Shown here: positions 48,282-55,957 of the stretch, in pieces
How the letters are laid out: each line of letters begins with the position of its first letter
Numbering within the stretch: position 1 is the first letter of the stretch
Sequence record: OP778610
Reading direction: 5' to 3' (one strand)
Length of the DNA stretch: 64,000 bases
Source: Escherichia phage W70
Notes under the pieces: model-generated
The model's input: the letters and a program-made list of their open reading frames with translations, nothing else
What the model was told of the DNA's origin: nothing
Databases searched by the model: none
Translations under genes and position numbers: made by a program

Positions 48282-48998
48282 TTATTTGTTGTATTGATAA
48301 ATTGCTTCAGCCAAGCCCCGTGGGGTTAATGACCGGATCATCTTAGTTCTTGCTGACTTACCACCCAACTTATTCTGCTGATCTGACCAACCAGGTGCAA
48401 CAGGAACCGGAGAGGTTTTTGGAATTATAAACCCATTCCCTGTCCAAAGTCCAGTCTTTTTAGGATAAGCATCCCGTGGTTTAATGTACTGAGGAAAATA
48501 AGGGTTAACATCATTTACCGGAAGATAACCACCATATTCCCAAGGGTTGAAATATACCGTAGGCTTTCGCCATTGTCCAGCTAAAACACTAACGGGGTTC
48601 TCGATCATGTAAGGACAATCAAAAACAAATTCCGCAAGCCAAGCTGCAATCTTTGCAGTTCTTACCGCCTTGATCTGGAAGAAAGGATCTTTTGCTTTCT
48701 TTGATGCAAAGTGACGCGAACCACTGACAGCCATATCAGTACATGGAGGGTAGGCAAGGATCAGGTCCGGTGATGGCAATCCTAAGTTCTCTACATTCTC
48801 CATCCATTCAATATCGATAAAAGCGTTAACGTAAGTGATGTTGGGATGAATTTCCTTTACACCTTCATAATCCCCGTGATCAGCATCGTCATAGTTGAAG
48901 CAGTAGCATTTGTGCCCTGCTTTTGCCCAAGGAAGAACATCAATACCTGAACCAGAAAAGAGACTCCAGATAATCTTTTTATTCATCGTAGCATCCAA
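48282..48998 (-). CDS. C5-cytosine methyltransferase-like protein (short, atypical)
   Basis: 238 aa; motif I-like LFSGSGI, motif IV-like PPCTDMAVSG (Cys kept, Gln to Thr), motif VI-like IENPVS; no obvious target-recognition domain. Confidence 0.45.
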   Translation of the reverse strand: MDATMNKKIIWSLFSGSGIDVLPWAKAGHKCYCFNYDDADHGDYEGVKEIHPNITYVNAFIDIEWMENVENLGLPSPDLILAYPPCTDMAVSGSRHFASKKAKDPFFQIKAVRTAKIAAWLAEFVFDCPYMIENPVSVLAGQWRKPTVYFNPWEYGGYLPVNDVNPYFPQYIKPRDAYPKKTGLWTGNGFIIPKTSPVPVAPGWSDQQNKLGGKSARTKMIRSLTPRGLAEAIYQYNK

Positions 48999-49291
48999 AT
49001 AGTGGTTAATTTACAAATACACCAGAAAATCCCGATCAGTGTAGCCAGAGTAATAACACAAGTCAATGCTATAGGTAAGAATATTGTCATAATCACTGCA
49101 AAGACTGAAATACCTACGCTTGCAATAAGATCCGGTACGAAATAGTGAAATGGATCTCTTGCCTTTTTAATGTTGTCCCATGTTATTACTACGGAGCTAA
49201 GGACGAGCCAGAATAAAAAGTACAAAATGCAAGGAAATAAAGTCATGTGTGACTTAACCATATCAAACCACATGTTGTAGAATTCAATCAT
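48983..49291 (-). CDS. integral membrane protein
   Basis: 102 aa with three hydrophobic helices; overlaps the methyltransferase-like gene start. Confidence 0.5.
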   Translation of the reverse strand: MIEFYNMWFDMVKSHMTLFPCILYFLFWLVLSSVVITWDNIKKARDPFHYFVPDLIASVGISVFAVIMTIFLPIALTCVITLATLIGIFWCICKLTTIWMLR

Positions 49292-49611
49292 TCAGTTTTC
49301 CTCGGTACAGATGCAATAACAGCCTTTTCGACGAGACATACAATAAATCTCCCAATCCCTGCCAAAAGGAGAGCAAAGACTGTAAAAGGCAACCCATAAA
49401 TAAGAACCAAAATCATCAATCCAAAACAAGCGGAAAACAGGACTTCTGTGCCTAGCCACATTTTGGAGTAATTGATATAATTATGTCGCAATTTTAAAAA
49501 CAGTCCAGCAATAGAGCCTACAGAAAATATACCAATCAACCAAGGTGCAGTTACAAATGAACGACTGAACCCTTCCCAAAAAACAAAAACATTAATGATT
49601 GCTTCGATCAT
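49288..49611 (-). CDS. integral membrane protein
   Basis: 107 aa with three to four hydrophobic helices; ATGA overlap. Confidence 0.5.
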   Translation of the reverse strand: MIEAIINVFVFWEGFSRSFVTAPWLIGIFSVGSIAGLFLKLRHNYINYSKMWLGTEVLFSACFGLMILVLIYGLPFTVFALLLAGIGRFIVCLVEKAVIASVPRKTE

Positions 49612-49862
49612 AAACCATACCTCGCTTCATATAAGAATTCATCAAGATCTTTACTGTCGTCGGAACCTTCTACTGTCAATGGCATCAGGTGTTCTTTGAA
49701 ATAATAGCAAAGACTGCCGGAACTCGTTTCTACTAAACAGGTTGTTTTACAAACCATTTTAACCTTTACCGATAGTCCCGCATCTTCGTGACTGTGGACC
49801 ATTGCAAGACAACCATCATAAAGCTTATCTTCGTAAGGTAAGCAAGGATCTGGATTTTTCAT
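49608..49862 (-). CDS. hypothetical protein
   Basis: 84 aa ORF. Confidence 0.45.
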   Translation of the reverse strand: MKNPDPCLPYEDKLYDGCLAMVHSHEDAGLSVKVKMVCKTTCLVETSSGSLCYYFKEHLMPLTVEGSDDSKDLDEFLYEARYGL

Positions 49863-50155
49863 CGTGAACTTTCCTCCTCTGCATGTTTACGTACCCAAGC
49901 TACACGGGCCGGATTGAGGTGTTTCTTAGTGTCTTTATGATATGTATACCGACCTTTATCAAAAGGGAACTCGCAGCACAGTCCAGCGTCGGTAAACTGT
50001 TGTTGCATCTCTTCAGACAAATCAAAATTATAGTCCGGCCAATGGTCCAGTGAGTAACATAACCCCTTACGACGATTAAACGGATCGCGGTCAGGTGCGC
50101 CTTCGTCAAGCCACGCGGCATAGGCTTTATAGAATGCTTTAAGTTGCTCGCTCAT
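49859..50155 (-). CDS. hypothetical protein, paralogue of 40147-40524
   Basis: 98 aa; shares the FY..Y..WLD.GAP...GLC motifs with the 40147-40524 product. Confidence 0.5.
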   Translation of the reverse strand: MSEQLKAFYKAYAAWLDEGAPDRDPFNRRKGLCYSLDHWPDYNFDLSEEMQQQFTDAGLCCEFPFDKGRYTYHKDTKKHLNPARVAWVRKHAEEESSR

Positions 50156-50551
50156 TTATTTCTCCTCTGCATATGCAATCTTAGTCATGTAGTCAATACA
50201 ATCATATTGAACATTGTGGCTATTAAAAACAGCCTTGCCTTTGTAAATAACTTCCCAATAATTAATACTTTCAATTTCGGAAAGGTAGGCAACACACTCC
50301 CCCTTCGGATTAATAAGTTCAACCTGCTCAGTTTCTCGTAATTTCCAACCAGTAGGCAACTGAACAACTTGTTCCTTAAAAATCACAATATTGTCACGGT
50401 AACCCGTTGCCCTTTTAAATGCTCGGAGTAATTCTTTGTATTCACGATATTTCACATAAAGGCCGTCCTCTGATTTTTCCATACGGGCTTCATTGATATT
50501 GCAATTACCATCCATATCTCCAACCAGGTCATAACGATATACAGGTTTCAT
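50156..50551 (-). CDS. hypothetical protein
   Basis: 131 aa ORF. Confidence 0.5.
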   Translation of the reverse strand: MKPVYRYDLVGDMDGNCNINEARMEKSEDGLYVKYREYKELLRAFKRATGYRDNIVIFKEQVVQLPTGWKLRETEQVELINPKGECVAYLSEIESINYWEVIYKGKAVFNSHNVQYDCIDYMTKIAYAEEK

Positions 50552-50760
50552 TTTTTAACTTTCTCCTTTTTCTCAGGTTTTACATCGCAAACTTTTTGTT
50601 GATAACTGATCGGTGTTACATAACGCCACGTCTTTTTAAGGTTCTCAACGAGGATTCTCATTTGTTCCTCATCAGCACCCCAACCTGCGGTATGTGCTAT
50701 TTCATCAACACTCATTTGGCATTTAACGTACCATCTTGTAACTGTCTTTGATTGTATCAT
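50548..50760 (-). CDS. hypothetical small protein
   Basis: 70 aa ORF. Confidence 0.4.
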   Translation of the reverse strand: MIQSKTVTRWYVKCQMSVDEIAHTAGWGADEEQMRILVENLKKTWRYVTPISYQQKVCDVKPEKKEKVKK

Positions 50761-50786
50761 TTGTGTTTCCTTGAGGTCAAGAAATT

Positions 50787-51083
50787 TTATTTAATACCAA
50801 GTTCTTTTGCACTGTAAATATCGTTACCTTCATAACCTTTGTAGTAGATCAGAATATCTTTGACAATCTCTCCTGTCGGTCCGCTCCGGCGGGTACGTGG
50901 TCGTGGTGAGTTTACCAAATAAACTTCACCACGAGTATTTATTTTTGTTGTACGGTGACCTTCGACGAAGGTCAATGTTGTATATGCAGGAACCTTGACA
51001 AGAACCTCTACCTGATCGCCAGCAGTATTCTGTTGTTCATTTGCCATATCGTCTTTAACAACAGTGGTCATAAGTTTGGTCAT
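50787..51083 (-). CDS. hypothetical protein
   Basis: 98 aa ORF. Confidence 0.45.
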   Translation of the reverse strand: MTKLMTTVVKDDMANEQQNTAGDQVEVLVKVPAYTTLTFVEGHRTTKINTRGEVYLVNSPRPRTRRSGPTGEIVKDILIYYKGYEGNDIYSAKELGIK

Positions 51084-51085
51084 TT

Positions 51086-51352
51086 TTATTCTCCTTTGTT
51101 CAGTGTGGATACGAATTCGATATAAGATTCTGCATTTCGTTTATGATAAATCTGAGGATAGCTGTCGGTTACTTTGCCGTATTTGATGTATCGCTCAAGC
51201 ATACCGACAACACCACCACCAATGGAATGCACAACAACACCTTCTTCACCAACAAAGGTAACCACTTCTACGAATGGACTGTTATCATAAGAACGATTTA
51301 CAATCAGATCGCCGACTTCAAATTCGATTTTATCATTTTGTGAGTAGTGCAT
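51086..51352 (-). CDS. hypothetical protein
   Basis: 88 aa ORF; first gene downstream of the 51383-51411 promoter. Confidence 0.45.
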   Translation of the reverse strand: MHYSQNDKIEFEVGDLIVNRSYDNSPFVEVVTFVGEEGVVVHSIGGGVVGMLERYIKYGKVTDSYPQIYHKRNAESYIEFVSTLNKGE

Positions 51353-51382
51353 TTGTTTCTCCTTTCTGTTTGGTATGGGGGA

Positions 51383-51411
51383 AGTATAGGGGAGTTTAGG
51401 AGGGGTGTCAA
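51383..51411 (-). promoter_or_regulatory. sigma70-like promoter (TTGACA, 17 nt, TATACT)
   Basis: Near-consensus -35 and -10 with 17-nt spacer on the - strand, immediately after the helicase terminator and before SD aaaggag. Confidence 0.5.
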
Positions 51412-51412
51412 T

Positions 51413-51440
51413 AGAAAAACCGCCCGAAGGCGGTTTATTT
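51413..51440 (-). terminator. rho-independent terminator after the primase-helicase
   Basis: aaaccgcc-ttcg-ggcggttt hairpin plus T-run on the - strand. Confidence 0.65.
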
Positions 51441-51449
51441 TGAAAAATA

Positions 51450-51962
51450 TCAGAAAGGTGCTTCGTCGTCGAAATCTACATCTTCAACTTCCGGTACATC
51501 AGGAATGTCACCTGCGGATTCAACGATACTCTGTTGTTCCCACGTAGGTTCCTCTGAAGGTTGGTCCATTTCTTCCATAACCTTCTTGATCTCTTCCTCT
51601 TGCTCACGCAGGAAGTTATCATCCGGCTCAGGAATATCTTCCTCTTTAATATCTGAACGAGTGAGATCACTGTTTTGTTCAGACAGAGGTTGAATCTCTG
51701 CTGCTTTAGGCTTAAAGTCTGGAGAACGATGATCATCTTCTGGATGAGCGGCATACCACTCACGAAGAGTTTCATAAGGACTCTCTAAGAAGCCCTCTGG
51801 CGGTTCCAGATAATCACCCGTATCAATGTCATAGAACACAGGGAATTTACCAGCACGACCGTGTTTACGGTCATCCAGAATAACAAAGTAAGAAGTGTTA
51901 CGTTGTTTCATCGGGAGTTCTGGATCTTTGTTACGTTCAATTCCCCACATATAGTAAGTATT
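51450..51962 (-). CDS. primase-helicase (T7 gp4-like), exon 3
   Basis: Begins about NTYYMWGIERN (resembling T7 LSDTIIALERN as recalled); ends with acidic tail ...EDVDFDDEAPF with terminal Phe. The track's N-terminal 64 residues are intron sequence. Confidence 0.7.
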   Translation of the reverse strand, partial: NTYYMWGIERNKDPELPMKQRNTSYFVILDDRKHGRAGKFPVFYDIDTGDYLEPPEGFLESPYETLREWYAAHPEDDHRSPDFKPKAAEIQPLSEQNSDLTRSDIKEEDIPEPDDNFLREQEEEIKKVMEEMDQPSEEPTWEQQSIVESAGDIPDVPEVEDVDFDDEAPF

Positions 51963-52808
51963 CTTTATGTCCAGGCTACTCGCTAGGTAGCCTCGGTGTG
52001 CTAAGACACCCGCCCATACTTTCATACAGGAACAGACTATATCATCACCTTTCGGTGCTCTCCACTTCGGAACCGCTTGGTCCCTACGCCTTTCGGCTAG
52101 TCGTTGAAGATTTTGCATATTCAGGATACATGGTCCAAGTATACAGATTGGCAATTTCTTTCCAATCCCTTTTGCTTCGGATGTTTAGAACAACCGCCCT
52201 TTTAACTTGAATGCCACTACTTTCGGCTATTCTCTTTGCAGTCCATCCCTCTGAAAGTAACTGGCATATCTTATGCACGTCGTTTTCAGAAAGTCCGGTA
52301 CTGTAATGATCTTGCCCTCTAATTGGTAATTTGTTTTCTATCGAGTGTCGAAGATTTTCCTCTTCTGTTACCCACTCAAGGTTATCTTTATGATTGTTCA
52401 ACTTATTACCGTCTTTATGATTTACCTCTGGTAAATTTAAAGGGTTTGGTATATAAGCCTTCGCGACCATCCTGTGAACATACTCAGGCTTCCGCTTACC
52501 ATTTAAGATAACATTAACAACAAAATACCCTGTACCCTTACTTAATGAATTTTTAAGGAATCTTCCTGAAAATTCACTAAAAACTTGTCCATCTTCAGTG
52601 ATAAAGTATGGACTGTTTTCTTCTATTCTTACCATAAGTCCCCTCTTTCATGGGACCAAGATCTAGAATATGCAACTTTCCTGCTGATTACCCAATCCTG
52701 TACCTTTTTAAACATTCACGCTTGCCTTTGCAGACTACGTTGTAGTGTTACAGGCTCTAAGGGCTTCCCAGCAATTCAAAGAGTTTTAGATGCGCTCTAC
52801 TGCTGTTA
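51963..52808 (-). mobile_element. group I intron with HNH homing endonuclease, in helicase motif H4
   Basis: About 846 nt; R-like CUUCAACGACUAGCC (about 52093-52107) and S-like GAUAUAGUCUG (about 52033-52043) on the - strand; 5-prime exon ends CGU, intron ends in G; 3-prime boundary good to roughly +/-20 nt. Confidence 0.7.
52084..52635 (-). CDS. HNH homing endonuclease (intron-encoded)
   Basis: 183 aa; YVHRMVAKAYIPNPLNLPEVNHKDGNKLNNHKDNLEW; similar to the polymerase-intron HNH. Confidence 0.8.
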   Translation of the reverse strand: MVRIEENSPYFITEDGQVFSEFSGRFLKNSLSKGTGYFVVNVILNGKRKPEYVHRMVAKAYIPNPLNLPEVNHKDGNKLNNHKDNLEWVTEEENLRHSIENKLPIRGQDHYSTGLSENDVHKICQLLSEGWTAKRIAESSGIQVKRAVVLNIRSKRDWKEIANLYTWTMYPEYAKSSTTSRKA

Positions 52809-53402
52809 ACGCATCATTGCACGGCTACCAGCAAACTGCGCTGACTGGACTTGACCACCAAATTCATGAGGCTTGCCAGATTCAGGCTTATTAAGGTGAC
52901 AGAAGCAATAATAAGTAAAGCCAAGCTCTTTTGCCAGTTTGGAGATCTCATCCGAGAATCGTTCCAGTTCCTGGTTAGCTTCAGAAGCACTCATACCTTG
53001 CACAAGACGAGTGATCGGGTCAATAAAGATATCTTCACAACCTTCTACGATCACTGCGTGACGGATAGCACCTTTCAGTTCATCCCATACTGCACGACCA
53101 TAGTTGTTATAATAGATAACACTATCACCAACTTCATCAGTAGCTTTGATCAGTTCTTCTTGCTTAAAGTATCCACGTTGACCTTCAAAAACTTCATTGC
53201 CCCAAATGTCACGGTAAGTTCCATCTTCTTGAGGAATCATTACCTTTTCGGCATTAACAAAGTCTTTATGATAACGCTTACCTGCGATCTTCTTACAAGT
53301 GATCTCGTTCTCTTCTTCAAACTTAAACACCGCAGCTTTTGACTTTTCAATACCCGTGATGTGTTCAACCATTTGGTTAAGAAGTTCAGACTTGCCCATT
53401 TT
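52809..53402 (-). CDS. primase-helicase (T7 gp4-like), exon 2
   Basis: Begins KMGKSELL (rest of Walker A), contains CFCHLNKPESGKPHEFGG and ends FAGSRAMMR, resembling T7 gp4 CHLKNPDKGKAHEEG...RGSGALRQ as recalled. Confidence 0.75.
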
Positions 53403-53688
53403 CACCGTTATGTTCGACAGGGTTCGCTACTCCCTGCCCGTTCTCTTACGAACTGCTACATGTCCCCATGCAGACCAGACTATATCTTCAACCTGTTTCC
53501 AGGTGCTATGCACTTCGGACCGCTTGGCCCTACTCTACTCGATTCAAGAGTCTAGCTCTTGTCTTTCGATAGTCGTTGCTCCTTCCTTTTTCAAGGCTTG
53601 GATCAGGATTACGTGTTCTACGCTTCCCCTGAGTTCACATAGTATTTAGTCGAGGCATCTCTGCCAAGGCTGGCTAGACTTAATGTTT
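53403..53688 (-). ncRNA. ORF-less group I intron in the helicase Walker A codons
   Basis: 286 nt between ...FIGAG and KMGKS; - strand contains P/Q-like CAGGGGAAG and AAUCCUGAUCC, R-like CAACGACUAUCG and S-like AAGAUAUAGUCU in the canonical order; 5-prime exon ends in U, intron ends in G. Confidence 0.7.
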
Positions 53689-54624
53689 ACCAGCACCGAT
53701 GAAGTAACCTTCACCTGGACGACGACCCAAGGTAAGCTTGGTCATGGTGGGCCAAGGGAACTTCTTGCCGAGTTTAGGGATCTCATGTGCCTTTTCGCGG
53801 AACTGTGAATAAGTCGAGAAACCATCAGGCACATATTCTTTTGGCTTCATTGCAGCCCAAAACAACTGATCAGAAAGACCTTTGTTATACATATCGCAAG
53901 GGTCCATATCTTCTGGAATATCCACGACCTTCATTTGTGGAATTACAGAGTATACCGCTGCAACTGCATCTTTACCTTTCATGATCCCTTTGGCCTTCTC
54001 TGCTTCTGTCGCACGGTCAGCATCGAAAGCTACGATAATCTCTTCAAACTTACTCAGAAGCTTATAGTTATTCTTCTGTGATAAGTTTTGCACGGCATTG
54101 GATGTACCGTTAGAGATAGATACAACTGTGAAGTTTGGTTTACGAGTGGAACCATCCTTCGGTTTGTACTTCTCTGTCAATACCTGCCACAAGATTGCAG
54201 CATCGTATTCACCTTCAGTGATAAAGATCATACGTTTGGAAGACTTGTTTGCACCTTCCAGACCAAACATATCACAGGCTACAGATTGGAAACCGATAGT
54301 TGTAAAGTGCCCTTTCTGTTGCTTAGGGATCGTAAGATCACGCTTTTTAAAACCTACAACCTTACCTTCCAATGTGTACGGAAAATAATGTGCTTCTGGA
54401 GTCATACCGTCTTTAGCTGACAACTTGGTACGAATACCAAATCGTTTAGCTGTCTTTTCGTCGATACCACGCTCAGGGATACTTTTACACGGGTAAGTCA
54501 ATACATCTTCAACTGTTTCTTCCACACGAGACACACCGCCGCCATAATTACGTGCCACCGAAGCTTTAGGGTTTTTATGTCCAAACTTATAACCGCCAAA
54601 CAAACTTTCGCCAATAGTGCTCAT
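53689..54624 (-). CDS. primase-helicase (T7 gp4-like), exon 1
   Basis: TOPRIM-like motifs (FITEGEYDAAIL, VAFDADRATEAEKA), then helicase N-terminus ending ...RRPGEGYFIGAG; SD AAGGAG plus ATG at 54624; no Cys4 zinc finger before the RNA polymerase domain. Confidence 0.8.
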
Positions 54625-54782
54625 TACTGCTCCTTGATCATCGTCGCCAAATAAATAGTGTTACCGTTTGAATTAATGCCTGCTGTTACAGGACCCATCA
54701 ATTTATAACCATAATCGTAATGCTTCAGTATATATTTTTGAAGAGACAACAAATTTGTATACGATAGGATCTTAATGTCCAT
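54624..54782 (-). CDS. small protein (ORF missing from the track)
   Basis: 52 aa ORF MDIKILSYTNLLSLQKYILKHYDYGYKLMGPVTAGINSNGNTIYLATMIKEQ; ATGA overlap with the upstream gene and TAATG overlap with the primase start. Confidence 0.3.
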   Translation of the reverse strand: MDIKILSYTNLLSLQKYILKHYDYGYKLMGPVTAGINSNGNTIYLATMIKEQ

Positions 54783-55090
54783 CAAAAACCCCCAGTTTCT
54801 TCATCAAATGCCTGACTTACTTGTGCATCACGAACACGTTCTTCAATACAACGATACACTACTTCATACGGGATATCAAGAGCAATTTCTTCACCATCCT
54901 CATAAACAGTGATTGAAAAAATATCTAAGTAATCTTCGGCATCCCAATCCGACTCCGCATCTGGAATACCTTTGTACATAACAACCTCTGCTTCAACAAC
55001 TACCTCTTTACCGATCGCTTTATGAAAATGTGTGAATTCGAAGTTTACTGTACGCATTTTATTTTCTCCTGATAATTTATATTTATTCAA
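54782..55090 (-). CDS. hypothetical protein
   Basis: 102 aa ORF. Confidence 0.45.
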   Translation of the reverse strand: MNKYKLSGENKMRTVNFEFTHFHKAIGKEVVVEAEVVMYKGIPDAESDWDAEDYLDIFSITVYEDGEEIALDIPYEVVYRCIEERVRDAQVSQAFDEETGGF

Positions 55091-55093
55091 TTC

Positions 55094-55285
55094 TTACTTT
55101 TTGGAAATGATATGCTCTTCACGAACTTGAAGCTTAGTTCCATCTGTCATTTCGACAAGATAAGCATTGCAAAGGATGTATTCCTGTAGCAACAAGATCT
55201 TACCATCACCTTTCTTACCGTACTTTTCGTCAACTTGGTCGAAACTTACTTCATCGTTGATTGCATATTTAAACACATTGTTCAT
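55094..55285 (-). CDS. hypothetical small protein
   Basis: 63 aa ORF. Confidence 0.4.
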   Translation of the reverse strand: MNNVFKYAINDEVSFDQVDEKYGKKGDGKILLLQEYILCNAYLVEMTDGTKLQVREEHIISKK

Positions 55286-55485
55286 GCGTATTCAACCTCG
55301 CTGATCATTTCAAAACCATCATTTTGGATTAACGTTTTAACAAAGCCAATATTACCTTCTTCTATTCCTCTATGCAACCACATATACCCTTCAGCACAGT
55401 AAAGATTAACACCGTAACCTAGTTTAGCTGCCCGTTCAAAATCACCACTTTCTTTCTTAACCAAACAACGAACCATCTTTTTCAT
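55282..55485 (-). CDS. hypothetical small protein
   Basis: 67 aa ORF. Confidence 0.4.
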   Translation of the reverse strand: MKKMVRCLVKKESGDFERAAKLGYGVNLYCAEGYMWLHRGIEEGNIGFVKTLIQNDGFEMISEVEYA

Positions 55486-55715
55486 CAGTCTTTCCCCTTA
55501 TGATCAGGAACAACGTGTTTATTGATTACCTTAACAAGACGTTCCCGTAATTGTTGTGTATGACCATACTTTGAAACAGTTTCCACAATCTCACCAATGT
55601 ACTTATTGAACAGATGAGGTGGAATTTTTAACTTTTCAAGTTGGTCCATATCAATCCTCAATAATTTCAAGCTTACCGTTAATAGTATACAGAGTTGTCG
55701 CCTTCTCTTCAACAA
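55485..55715 (-). CDS. hypothetical small protein
   Basis: 76 aa ORF. Confidence 0.4.
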   Translation of the reverse strand: MLKRRRQLCILLTVSLKLLRIDMDQLEKLKIPPHLFNKYIGEIVETVSKYGHTQQLRERLVKVINKHVVPDHKGKD

Positions 55716-55875
55716 CTTTTAACGCGTTAATGACAGAATCATAAAACTCTTCAGATTCCTTAACTTCTTGTTTGCACTTCTTGATATGGTCGGCACTAAT
55801 ATCACGAAGACTCAACAGTTGTGCACGATTAAGTACAGACAAGTCTACAGAAAAATCATCAACTTTAAAACTCAT
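55651..55875 (-). CDS. hypothetical small protein
   Basis: 74 aa ORF; overlaps the previous one, start may be internal. Confidence 0.35.
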   Translation of the reverse strand: MSFKVDDFSVDLSVLNRAQLLSLRDISADHIKKCKQEVKESEEFYDSVINALKVVEEKATTLYTINGKLEIIED

Positions 55876-55957
55876 ATTTAATCTCCTTGTTTGTGTTCAG
55901 TTACTTTATCACTTTGAGAGAAAGATGCAACAAGATTATTGCATCTTTTTTAATTAT

